This document shows, one piece after another, positions 17,573 through 26,355 of a stretch of DNA of 64,000 bases. Location of the stretch: the NCBI GenBank assembly GCA_965207455.1, contig CBDBMJ010000003.1, positions 54,197 to 118,196 on the forward strand. The letters are read 5' to 3'. This stretch comes from Bdellovibrionota bacterium. GTDB lineage: Bacteria > Bdellovibrionota > UBA1018 > CAIPTA01 > JAALKR01. Within the stretch, counting starts at the first letter, position 1. Every line of letters begins with the position of its first letter. The translations under genes were made by a program, and so were the position numbers. The notes beneath the pieces are model-generated. The model ran no database searches and was not told where the DNA came from. It saw only the letters and a list, made by a program, of their open reading frames with translations.

Positions 17573-18637
17573 TTAAGCAGGCTCTTCCACAAGAGCGCGC
17601 ATTTCCTGTTCCACATGGTATGTCTGTGGTTGGGTGGCATCCTCTAAAATCGGAGATATGCCAACTCCCGGAATATGCTTTCCTGCAATCATGCGAGGGC
17701 GCACTTGAAGAGAATAAAAAAGTTCGTCACATACCCTGCGAATAAGATGCTCAGAAAAATTGCACACCTCAGTGTCCTCGTTGATACAAATAAAGCGCCC
17801 TGTTTTTTTTACGGATTTGCGAATCGACTCCCAGTCGTAGGGATAAATAGTTCGTAGATCAATAACCTCGTAATGAATACCCTCTTGAGCCAATTTTTTT
17901 GCTATCCCCTCCACTATGGGCATGAGCCTTCCCCAAGCCACCACTGTGGCCCTGTCTCCCTCTTGGCAGGTTCGTGCCTTACCAATGGAAATATTGGGAT
18001 CCGAAAGCCCTTGGGGCCAACGGGGCTTCCAATTCATTTTCTTTTTTTCGTTCACAGGCATATCGATCATGTCGCGAAGTTGCTTTTCATCATCAGGCTC
18101 ACCCGGTATTTTCTTCTCCCCCTTACTCCGCAAAAGCGCCTTGGGCTTTAAGTACATAACAGGGTTGGGATCTTTAATGGCCGCTAACATTAAGCCGTAA
18201 GCATCGTAAGCGTTGGAGGGCATAACCGTCTTCCAACCAGGGATCTGTACCATTTTAGAATCAAAGGAATGGGAATGATAAATAGAACCGTGAATACCAC
18301 TTCCAACGGGAGTCATCACCACAATGGGGCAAGTATAGTCGCCATTACTGGCCCAACAAGCATTGCCCGCAAGTTTTAATAGGTCGATGGTATTAAAAAT
18401 ATAATCACAGAACTGAATTTCTGCCACACAACGGCTTCCTGCATAGCCCAGACCAGTGGCCATGCCAATCACACCTCGCTCGTCCAAAGGACTGTTCCAA
18501 CTTGTCTCCAACCCTTGGGTGGCTGTAAATACTCCACCTAGTGGAGGACCCACGTCTTCCCCAAAAACGTCCTTTAAATCCAAGTTTTTTTCTCCGTACG
18601 CCAACGCCATTCGGATTGCCTGTGCAATAGTCGCCAT
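17573..18637 (-). CDS. 2-oxoacid dehydrogenase E1 component beta subunit (transketolase-like)
   Basis: GEDVG...GGVF...RVIDTP-like N-terminus and AEIQF, LRTIYPYD motifs. About 35-aa Lys-rich insertion relative to typical E1-beta. Confidence 0.8.
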   Translation of the reverse strand: MATIAQAIRMALAYGEKNLDLKDVFGEDVGPPLGGVFTATQGLETSWNSPLDERGVIGMATGLGYAGSRCVAEIQFCDYIFNTIDLLKLAGNACWASNGDYTCPIVVMTPVGSGIHGSIYHSHSFDSKMVQIPGWKTVMPSNAYDAYGLMLAAIKDPNPVMYLKPKALLRSKGEKKIPGEPDDEKQLRDMIDMPVNEKKKMNWKPRWPQGLSDPNISIGKARTCQEGDRATVVAWGRLMPIVEGIAKKLAQEGIHYEVIDLRTIYPYDWESIRKSVKKTGRFICINEDTEVCNFSEHLIRRVCDELFYSLQVRPRMIAGKHIPGVGISPILEDATQPQTYHVEQEMRALVEEPA

Positions 18638-18640
18638 AAA

Positions 18641-19735
18641 TTAACCCCTTCGTTTATTCTTCCATTGCTCTTTGGCAAGTTTTATAAAGTCCACACCAAT
18701 GGACTCAGCTAAGGTGTCCCTACCTCGATCATTATTCTCTTGAGCATAGACATGATCGAAAATACTCTCAGGTGTGGGATGCGTTTCTTGTCGTACTTTT
18801 TTCCAACTCTCACTAATTTCCTTCGTCCATTTTTCCCAAACCTTTTTCGCGTCCTGAGAGGAAAGTATGCTCTGCTTTTTTAATTCCTTTTCAAACCCCT
18901 CAATAGGACAAGGGTCTGTGGTTCGGTTAGCACCACTAGCAGACGAATGACCATAAAGACGACTCACACAAAACTCCAAAAGATAGGGCTTGCGCTCCTT
19001 GCGCACATATTCCATGGCCTGGCTTAAAGCACCCCAAGCCTCCCATACATTGTTTCCGTCGACAGTGAGGGAAGGAATTCCAAAGGCTTTTCCCCGGTCG
19101 GAAATTTTTCTCTCTCCGTGTTGACCGTCGTAAGTGGTGGAAATACCCCAACGGTTATTATTCACAATTATAAGTAGAGGCAAAGGAGCCGCTGGTCGAC
19201 TCGCCCAAATAAGAGCACTGGCAAAATCACCCTCAGCTGTGCCCGCATCTCCCCCATTGGCAATGGTAATACCCCTACTTCCCCTCTGAGCATGAGCCGT
19301 TCCAATAGCCTGGGTATATTGGGGCTCAATACAAGAAGAGATGGGAGGAATATTCCACTCCCGCTTGCTATAATGATTTACAAAGTTTCGACCCCCAGAA
19401 TAGGGATCCGTGGAAACACAGGCCATTTGGCGAATAGTGTCTGCTGGGTCCGCTCCCATTGCCATTAAAATACCGCTGGATCGATAGTGCAGATGAAGGA
19501 AATCATGATCCAGACCAGAACCCTTATCGAGTAAAAGCCCAAGGGGAATGGAACTTGCCTCTTCTCCCGGCCCCCCAATCCAAAAAAATCCCTCGCCTGA
19601 TTTCCCCATAAGAATGATGCGCTCTTCCAATACCCTGGTCTTTACCATGAGGCTGTGAATTTGTAGCAAGGTTTTTGGGGGTATGGCTGACTGAACTGAT
19701 CGCACAGCCGCTGGAGAAAGTACTTTTCTGGTCAT
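18641..19735 (-). CDS. 2-oxoacid dehydrogenase E1 component alpha subunit (TPP-binding)
   Basis: TPP motif GDAGTAEGDFASALIWAS...IIVNNNRWGIST; 364 aa. Confidence 0.8.
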   Translation of the reverse strand: MTRKVLSPAAVRSVQSAIPPKTLLQIHSLMVKTRVLEERIILMGKSGEGFFWIGGPGEEASSIPLGLLLDKGSGLDHDFLHLHYRSSGILMAMGADPADTIRQMACVSTDPYSGGRNFVNHYSKREWNIPPISSCIEPQYTQAIGTAHAQRGSRGITIANGGDAGTAEGDFASALIWASRPAAPLPLLIIVNNNRWGISTTYDGQHGERKISDRGKAFGIPSLTVDGNNVWEAWGALSQAMEYVRKERKPYLLEFCVSRLYGHSSASGANRTTDPCPIEGFEKELKKQSILSSQDAKKVWEKWTKEISESWKKVRQETHPTPESIFDHVYAQENNDRGRDTLAESIGVDFIKLAKEQWKNKRRG

Positions 19736-19860
19736 AGGTTTGCCCTCATAATAACTTTGTTCCCATAATAACTTTGCCCCCTCCAGCTATTGGCAGTAGA
19801 CTCTATTAGATGCACTTCTATGAAGTGTGACTAGTCGAGTCTAGGAGTAAAAAGGATATC

Positions 19861-20796
19861 ATGAAGTGGAAATTTCCTCCAGCTTTAGCGTCGGATCAAG
19901 CAATCGGGGTGGTGGCACCCTCGAGCTTTGTGGATAATACATTCTTGCAATCAGGGCAAAAAAAATGCAGTCAGCTGGGCTTAAAACTCCACTATGACGA
20001 ATCCATATTGCAGAAAAAATTGTTCTTCGCAGGCGAAGACTCTCAAAGGGCAGAGAATTTTATTGCTGCCCATACTAGCGAGACCAATAATATGCTTTGG
20101 TGTGCACGAGGAGGCTACGGGGCTGCTCGTATTCTTCCCCTATTGGAGGAAAAAAAATTCCATACAACACTCCAAGAAAATCCAAAACTCCTTATTGGTT
20201 ACTCGGACTCCACAGCTCTCTTTACCTATTACCTACAAAGGGGAGGAGTTTCCTGTTTACACGCTCCCTTAATGGCAGCTCCCAGTTGGTTAGATACGAC
20301 AGAAAAAGATTCTACCGACTTTCTCAATATCCTTCATGGAACCACAGGTCTGGGCAAAGCCTCCCATACCGCAAAATGGAATACCCTTTTTTTAGGAAAC
20401 CGTGGGACAGCTGAAGGAATTCTCATGGGAGGAAATATTAGCGTGCTATGTTCTTTAGTGGGTACGCCTTGGCAGCCCAAGTTTCAAGGAGGGATTGTGC
20501 TACTGGAAGATTGTAACGAACCCCCTTACCGGCTTCACCGTATGCTTACCCAATTGGATCAGGCCGGTTGTTTCGACGGAATACGAGGAGTAATTCTCGG
20601 CGACTGCACCCACGGAGTGCCCAAAGGCACTACCTGGGAAACGGTCTTTTCCGACATACTCGTTCCCAAATGTCTCGTGCTTCATGGTGCTCCCGTGGGA
20701 CACAGCAAGCGCAACAGCCCTCTCCCACTAGGGGTGCGAGCTAGAATCAACTCCCAAGGAAAACTGGAGTTATTGGAGCAGGTGGTAGGGCTCTAG
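19861..20796 (+). CDS. ldcA: LD-carboxypeptidase (S66 family)
   Basis: VVAPSS...LW...GG...LIGYSDSTAL nucleophile-elbow region; 311 aa. Confidence 0.75.
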   Translation: MKWKFPPALASDQAIGVVAPSSFVDNTFLQSGQKKCSQLGLKLHYDESILQKKLFFAGEDSQRAENFIAAHTSETNNMLWCARGGYGAARILPLLEEKKFHTTLQENPKLLIGYSDSTALFTYYLQRGGVSCLHAPLMAAPSWLDTTEKDSTDFLNILHGTTGLGKASHTAKWNTLFLGNRGTAEGILMGGNISVLCSLVGTPWQPKFQGGIVLLEDCNEPPYRLHRMLTQLDQAGCFDGIRGVILGDCTHGVPKGTTWETVFSDILVPKCLVLHGAPVGHSKRNSPLPLGVRARINSQGKLELLEQVVGL

Positions 20797-20806
20797 GATT
20801 ATTAAG
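20760..20806. repeat. Imperfect ~45-bp direct repeat, left copy (covers last 12 codons of ldcA)
   Basis: aaaactggagttattgg[agcaggtg]gtagggctctaggattatta versus 22216..22256 aaaactggagttattgg[g]ggtaggactctaggattatta. Confidence 0.75.
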
Positions 20807-21431
20807 AGACCCAAAATTTCTGTAATTCATCAATAAAGCTCTGGTAAGCCTCTTCAAAGCTAGGTGCTTCTTTGATTCCTGAAACAGCACTTGACCAACC
20901 GATCTTCAGAAGGCTCAAATCTATGGTTTTTAAATGCTGGATAAGATCTTTAGGAATAACTGTTTCTCGATAATTGAAACAAGCTTCAAGAGAACGAAAT
21001 AAATTGTTTTTTTCAGCTCTTGGAAGAAAGTAGGATAAGTCAAATATATCCTTTGAGCGTGAATTGTACTTTCCAAGATCCACTAGTGCATGAATTTTTT
21101 CTGCAATCATTGTTTCTATAGGATAAACAAACCAAGTCAGTTCATTTTCTCCAATCAGCTCTGGTGTTTTAATTTGAAGAGGAGAAGGAACAATAGGATC
21201 ACCAATTCCTAGGTCAAATTGAATAATCTGGAACTTTTTTATATTTTTAGGTATCTCGCCAATCCCAGCACGAAATACTTGTCGAACTCCACCATACTCG
21301 CCCTGAGTTTTAAGATCTATTTCTTTTTCAAACCTAAACCAAACAGCATCATTAAAAGTTTTTTCTACGACTACCTTAACAGCATCAAGATCAATTGTAT
21401 ACCTGCTGGATTTATAAATACGTAGTCCCAC
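20802..21431 (-). CDS. abiEii: AbiEii/DUF1814 nucleotidyltransferase toxin (type IV TA / abortive infection); N-terminus ambiguous
   Basis: IETMIAEKIHALVDLGKYNSRSKDIFDL matches the AbiEii signature. First canonical start is GTG at 21431, but the in-frame upstream 33 codons encode ...LVFKGGYVGL (the conserved GG nucleotide-binding motif) with no ATG/GTG/TTG; in-frame stop at 21531. Confidence 0.6.
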   Translation of the reverse strand: MGLRIYKSSRYTIDLDAVKVVVEKTFNDAVWFRFEKEIDLKTQGEYGGVRQVFRAGIGEIPKNIKKFQIIQFDLGIGDPIVPSPLQIKTPELIGENELTWFVYPIETMIAEKIHALVDLGKYNSRSKDIFDLSYFLPRAEKNNLFRSLEACFNYRETVIPKDLIQHLKTIDLSLLKIGWSSAVSGIKEAPSFEEAYQSFIDELQKFWVS

Positions 21432-21557
21432 ATAGCCACCCTTGAAAACAAGAGATTTGTAGAGTGTTGCATTTGATGTAATTCTGACAACTAAGATTAT
21501 TTTTTTTAGCCCAATTTGAAAGCTTCTGTTTTATCGAGATGCTCTGATTCTTTATAC

Positions 21558-22124
21558 TCATAAAATGATGGCCTCCCAATATTTATCAAAGGTTTTTTTT
21601 AGGTTTAGTGCAGTTGCCATTTTTCCAAGTTTCGTTTCTGTAGTAAGGTCATCTTTAAGAGCACGTCTTGTTGCATTTATCGCAATTCTAAGACCGAGTT
21701 TCGTTGCAAATTTTAGTGATTCAATAAGTGTGCGCTCAATATTTGTGATTTTAAAGCATCCTCGATCTTCGATTCCTTTAGTAAAAGGTGTGCTTGTTCT
21801 AAGACATTTATATTTTTTGCGTTCATTTTTTTTTGCTTGAGGTACGATAAGCCAAACTTGCTGAGGAGCCTGATCAATGAGTCCGTAATGAAAAAGAGCA
21901 GAGAGCCCACTTACGGCAGCATCTGGTCCAAAATACTTGTATGCCATAGCAAAATCCAGCTCTTCTGGATCAATGGAAGACTTTGGATGCATATAAAGAC
22001 CACGATCAATTCGTAGGAGCTTTTCCTGCTTCACCCACCTTGAAAGCGTGTGTCGCCCAATGCCCGCGCTGCTTTGAGCTTCTTTCGCATTGAATATTCC
22101 AAGTTTTTTTAGTTTGCTAGGCAT
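21558..22124 (-). CDS. abiEi: AbiEi antitoxin / transcriptional regulator
   Basis: N-terminal wHTH LGIFNAKEAQSSAGIGRHTLSRWVKQEKLLRIDRGLY typical of AbiEi_4; 188 aa; directly upstream of abiEii. Confidence 0.65.
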   Translation of the reverse strand: MPSKLKKLGIFNAKEAQSSAGIGRHTLSRWVKQEKLLRIDRGLYMHPKSSIDPEELDFAMAYKYFGPDAAVSGLSALFHYGLIDQAPQQVWLIVPQAKKNERKKYKCLRTSTPFTKGIEDRGCFKITNIERTLIESLKFATKLGLRIAINATRRALKDDLTTETKLGKMATALNLKKTFDKYWEAIIL

Positions 22125-22136
22125 CTTATTCTATTA

Positions 22137-22182
22137 TGCACCAAATCCGACATTTTTCAACAAAAATGTCGGATTTGGTGCA
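22137..22182. promoter_or_regulatory. Perfect 21-bp inverted repeat with 4-nt loop, 13 nt upstream of abiEi start (candidate AbiEi operator and/or terminator of upstream lipoprotein gene)
   Basis: tgcaccaaatccgacattttt-caac-aaaaatgtcggatttggtgca; arms are exact reverse complements. Confidence 0.55.
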
Positions 22183-22215
22183 TATACGATAGCAGCCATG
22201 GAGCATAAGTACCTA

Positions 22216-22256
22216 AAAACTGGAGTTATTGGGGGTAGGACTCTAGGATTATTAGG
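22216..22256. repeat. Imperfect direct repeat, right copy (ldcA-tail remnant overlapping lipoprotein stop)
   Basis: See left copy 20760..20806. Confidence 0.75.
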
Positions 22257-23004
22257 GTAGGGGCCACAAGCGAAACACGCTTTCTGTTTTCGATATCCAC
22301 TCCCCCCGTTCAAAGGGTGTTTTCACGGTATAAGGTGATTTAGCAAAACGGAAAAGCAGGGGCGGGTAGGTTTTATCTTCTTTTTGCCACTGGGGATTTT
22401 GTCTTCCTTTTGCGTGACGAAAGTTTAAGAAGTCGAAGTGTATGTACACCTCCTTTGTGTTTCCAGAGGCAAGAACTCGCCCATCTGGAGTAAGTCGCTT
22501 GGAGTAATCTATTGACGGCAGGCCCATTCGATTCATGGTAATTTCGTCTTTAATCTGAGTATATTCACAGAGATTTATATTTTCTTTTTGGGTAATATGA
22601 ACACGTCCGTGGCTCACGCCCCCATCCTTTCGTCGACCAAATACTTCAAAAGATTTTCTATTACTCAGTTTCTTTCCCTCCTTTCCCCAAAGTTCGTAAA
22701 GAAAAACCATGGACTCTTCTGGAAATAAACCGCAAGAAGGAATTTTATATACTTTCAGAAGTTTCCTGCCACCAAGGAAGCTTACTTCTATTTTCTCTTC
22801 TGTATGGCGCTCGTCGGTTGCAGCTAGGCTATCGCTTAAGGTATTTAGAGTGCCCTTCCAAGTGCCCTCTAGTTTTTCAAAAGAGAAGCTCTTCCAACTT
22901 TGGTTCATTTTGGTACACTCAAAGCATAAAGAATTTAGTCTTTGCCCCGCACAGCCACTCAAAAATAAACCCAATACGCCAATAGAAAAAAGTAAACGCA
23001 CCAT
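22252..23004 (-). CDS. Lipoprotein of unknown function
   Basis: Lipobox LFLSGCAG; 250 aa; no family recognised; sits between the AbiE and HipBA modules. Confidence 0.5.
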   Translation of the reverse strand: MVRLLFSIGVLGLFLSGCAGQRLNSLCFECTKMNQSWKSFSFEKLEGTWKGTLNTLSDSLAATDERHTEEKIEVSFLGGRKLLKVYKIPSCGLFPEESMVFLYELWGKEGKKLSNRKSFEVFGRRKDGGVSHGRVHITQKENINLCEYTQIKDEITMNRMGLPSIDYSKRLTPDGRVLASGNTKEVYIHFDFLNFRHAKGRQNPQWQKEDKTYPPLLFRFAKSPYTVKTPFERGEWISKTESVFRLWPLP

Positions 23005-23092
23005 TTTTTATGCCTCCTTATAGAAGACATATCGGCAGCAGTTATTTTTACTTGAGCACTATTTATCACCGTCAAAGAATTGACAATTTATT

Positions 23093-24313
23093 TCATGAAT
23101 ACATTTTTTTTGCTTTTTTTAACTCTGCATGTTCGAACGCTGAGGCCATGCGATCGATTTCTTTTTTACTTAAGCCAAATTGTTGGGCAATATCGCGCCA
23201 GCTAGAAACAGCCGTTGCCACCTGCTTCACAATCTTATACGCTTGATTTTTTTCTAGTCTAAATTCGTCAATAACAGATAGAGCTGTATCAATAGAGGCT
23301 GTTGAGTCATTGAAGCTAATTGAAGTTGAAAGGATACGGTCCTTTATGTCGATGGGATTTGGGTTTATATCGTAAGCAGGTGAGAGGCGCCAGCCTTTAT
23401 GTCGTTCATATAAAAAACCATGGTTTCGCAAATGATCGTCGGTATTAGAAATAAGTACGGTGAAGACAATCCTGCGCCAAAGTTCTGCCATATCTTGATC
23501 GGGTTTTTCACCATACTGTATAAGGGCATGGGCGATCTCAAGATAGCTGCGCCTATCATTATCTTTTGCACCAAGCATACTCATGGCAGAGAGGAATGGA
23601 ATGCGTTTATTACCTATTCGATCAAAGCGCTGTATAATGAGAACAGGTTTTTTCTGGATATTTTCTAAGCGCACTTCAGGGATCTGTAGACCAGCTTTTT
23701 GTGCCAGTTTAAGAGCCACAGCTTCCCATACAACAACATTATATTCATCATCTTTTTTAGGAAATTTAGCAATAGCGAGACGACCATTTTTATCATACAC
23801 AGATACCTTTGGTCTTGCACCACCAAGAGAAGAGCCTGGAGCAAGAAGTATTTTTAAATCATCCTCTGTTTCATTATCATTTAAGAAATTCTCGGAGGCA
23901 GACAAAAGCCTTGGTAAATCAATAAGTGGTGGAATGCTTGTTCTGTTTTTTCGAGTTAAGTATGGTCCTTGGGATTGCAGGGAAAAGCGCAGCGCGCCCT
24001 GACGTGATTCATCGTTGACGGCAAGGAGATAATCTATTTCTAAAAGAGGTTTCATGGCTTGCCCTTTCCTTTTTGCACGCATACTTTCAAAGCGCTGAAT
24101 GAGAATATGTCCCCAGCGATCTGGAGCAGAGTCTCCAATTGCGCCAAATAAAGCCTGACCGGGGCATGTATAAAAAGCACCCTCGGTGAGTTGCAAGGCC
24201 GGATCAATGGCAAATCTTTCGCGATTCTTGCGCTGGTGACACCATAATTTACCCACTTGCTGGCGCTCATCACCAAGTTGGATAGAAACATAAATTTGCT
24301 TACTATTTGCCAT
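23093..24313 (-). CDS. hipA: HipA-family Ser/Thr kinase toxin (type II TA)
   Basis: N-terminal couple_hipA-like domain (IYVSIQLGDERQQVGKLW) and HipA_C kinase core; start taken at MANSKQ (24313), overlapping the hipB stop by 11 nt. Confidence 0.75.
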   Translation of the reverse strand: MANSKQIYVSIQLGDERQQVGKLWCHQRKNRERFAIDPALQLTEGAFYTCPGQALFGAIGDSAPDRWGHILIQRFESMRAKRKGQAMKPLLEIDYLLAVNDESRQGALRFSLQSQGPYLTRKNRTSIPPLIDLPRLLSASENFLNDNETEDDLKILLAPGSSLGGARPKVSVYDKNGRLAIAKFPKKDDEYNVVVWEAVALKLAQKAGLQIPEVRLENIQKKPVLIIQRFDRIGNKRIPFLSAMSMLGAKDNDRRSYLEIAHALIQYGEKPDQDMAELWRRIVFTVLISNTDDHLRNHGFLYERHKGWRLSPAYDINPNPIDIKDRILSTSISFNDSTASIDTALSVIDEFRLEKNQAYKIVKQVATAVSSWRDIAQQFGLSKKEIDRMASAFEHAELKKAKKMYS

Positions 24314-24638
24314 TGTTCTCTCGATTGATCCGAGGAAACCGAATGCGTTTTGGCAGGTTTTCTGTTTCCAGATCCAGTCCAATAATATCGCGGTGTGGGC
24401 CGGCTATATTCTGCAAGTGATCAGTCATGCCTAGTACGAATAGAGCACAGGCATATGATCCCATTGAAACAGAGGGCTCACCTCTTTCAATTTTGCCTAA
24501 AGTTATAACTGAAAAGCCTGCACGTTCAGCCATAATTTTTGTGGGGATACGCCGTCGTCGTCGAGCGACAGAGATATTTTCACCAAGCTCACGCATGGCT
24601 CTTTTTGCAGGAATGGGTAATCGTGGTTTACGTTTCAT
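24303..24638 (-). CDS. hipB: HipB-like XRE-family HTH antitoxin
   Basis: HTH ISVARRRRRIPTKIMAERAGFSVITLGKIERGE; 111 aa; translationally coupled to hipA. Confidence 0.7.
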   Translation of the reverse strand: MKRKPRLPIPAKRAMRELGENISVARRRRRIPTKIMAERAGFSVITLGKIERGEPSVSMGSYACALFVLGMTDHLQNIAGPHRDIIGLDLETENLPKRIRFPRINRENNGK

Positions 24639-24650
24639 CTGTTCACCTTA

Positions 24651-24701
24651 ATATATCTTATAATATATACTATAGTATTTAAGAATAATTATAAGATATA
24701 T
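24651..24701. promoter_or_regulatory. hipBA operator candidate: 14-bp perfect inverted repeat (atatatcttataat / attataagatatat) enclosing a 12-bp palindrome atactatagtat
   Basis: Read directly, 13 to 63 nt upstream of the hipB start on the minus strand. Confidence 0.55.
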
Positions 24702-24896
24702 TATACTCCCTTGCTGTTCAGAGACTCTTTAAATTATGGTGAAGCCTCCACTGAGCACTTAAGCAATAAAAAATATGCTTAACTGTCAAAACTACTATAA
24801 GCATATGTTATTTAAGGCTATTTTTTATGTATTTAAGGGAGCGACCTCAATCCTACTGCCCACATCACTCTGCAAAATAACGAATTCCAGCTAAAT

Positions 24897-25556
24897 CTAT
24901 TCAGCAGGTTGGTGTCGAATAATAGTACCGTCGATCATGTAAATTACATCTTCCGCAATATTGACTGCATAATCACCAATATGCTCCAAGTGACGAGAGA
25001 CGGATAAATAATGGATAAGAACCTCCACGTTATTTGGATCCTTGCGAATGCAATCATAGACTTGGCGATAGGTCTGCCTATTGATTGCATCCAGCTCATC
25101 ATCGAGACCAACAGTTTCCCGTGCAAGCTCCCCATCCCTATCAATCATAGAGTCCAGTGCTCTTCGGAGGATGGTGCGCGCTTTTTTGGCCATCTCTTCA
25201 AAATCAAATGGCGCTTCAATGGGATCCATCTTAGAAATAACTGCGGCTCGCCTTGAAATATTAACAGCCAAATCTCCCACTCTCTCTAAATCGTTATTAA
25301 TTTTCAAGACACCGATCAAAAAACGCATATCTATGGCAACTGGCTGATGAAGAGCCAGCACTTTTAAGCATTCTTCTTCTAAAGCCACCTCAGCTAAATC
25401 CACCTCATGATCCAGCTCTTTAAGATGCTTAGCTAGTTTTTCATCTCGGTGCTTCAACGCTGTTATAGCTTTCCCTAGATTTCCTTCCACCATGGCACTT
25501 AATAAAAGTAATTTTCGTTTAATTGCATCTAATTCCCATTCTAATCGTTTAACCAT
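24897..25556 (-). CDS. phoU: Phosphate signalling complex protein PhoU
   Basis: Two PhoU repeats (DLERVGDLAVNI, RHLEHIGDYAVNIAE). Confidence 0.9.
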   Translation of the reverse strand: MVKRLEWELDAIKRKLLLLSAMVEGNLGKAITALKHRDEKLAKHLKELDHEVDLAEVALEEECLKVLALHQPVAIDMRFLIGVLKINNDLERVGDLAVNISRRAAVISKMDPIEAPFDFEEMAKKARTILRRALDSMIDRDGELARETVGLDDELDAINRQTYRQVYDCIRKDPNNVEVLIHYLSVSRHLEHIGDYAVNIAEDVIYMIDGTIIRHQPAE

Positions 25557-25589
25557 AATACCATTCCCTCTTTCTTATTATAATCCATA

Positions 25590-26354
25590 TTAGCCAAACC
25601 TACCCGTAATATAATCTTCTGTTTCTTTCTTCTTTGGATTTGTGAATAAATTTTTTGTTTCTCCGAACTCTACTAAAACCCCGTTAACGAGAAAGGCTGT
25701 TTCGTCGGAAATACGAGTTGCTTGCTGCATATTATGGGTCACAACCAGTATTGTGTAATTTTTTTTCAAGGAATGGATTAAGTCTTCCACTCCTGCTGTG
25801 GAGCGGGGGTCTAGGGAGGAGCAAGGCTCATCCATTAAAATTACGTCCGGCTTCATGGCTATGGCACGAGCAATGCAAAGGCGCTGCTGTTGTCCACCGG
25901 AAAGACTTTGAGCTGGATCGTCTAGACGTTTTTCCACTTCCTTCCATAGAGAAGCCTCTTTCAAAGAATTTTCCACTAGCTCATCGTCGTCCCCTTTATA
26001 CCCGTGAAGTTTTGGTCCCCAAATAATATTGTCATAGATGGACTTGGGAAAAGGGTTGGGTCGCTGAAAAACCATACCAATTCTTTTCCGAATCTCCACA
26101 GGGTCCGCTTGTGGTGAATATAAATTATTCCCTCGGTACAGCACTTCTCCTTTTATTACTGCACTGGGAATAAAATCGTTCATTCGATTGAAAACTCGTA
26201 AAAGAGTACTTTTACCACATCCAGATGGCCCAATCACCGCAGTAACCTTGTTCTCCTGAATTTGTAAATCTACTTTTTTTACTGCCTCTTCTTCACCGTA
26301 AAAACAAGATAGGTTACTTACGGATAAAACAATATTTTTATTTATATTTTCCAT
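25590..26354 (-). CDS. pstB: Phosphate ABC transporter ATP-binding protein
   Basis: Walker [10 protein letters not shown], signature LSGGQQQR, Walker B ILMDEP; start taken at MENINKN to abut pstA. Confidence 0.9.
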   Translation of the reverse strand: MENINKNIVLSVSNLSCFYGEEEAVKKVDLQIQENKVTAVIGPSGCGKSTLLRVFNRMNDFIPSAVIKGEVLYRGNNLYSPQADPVEIRKRIGMVFQRPNPFPKSIYDNIIWGPKLHGYKGDDDELVENSLKEASLWKEVEKRLDDPAQSLSGGQQQRLCIARAIAMKPDVILMDEPCSSLDPRSTAGVEDLIHSLKKNYTILVVTHNMQQATRISDETAFLVNGVLVEFGETKNLFTNPKKKETEDYITGRFG

Positions 26355-26355
26355 G

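Noticed and set aside
19745-19780. 13-bp direct repeat cataataactttg x2 upstream of the E1-alpha gene
   Set aside because: Only two short copies in a promoter region; insufficient to call a regulatory site.
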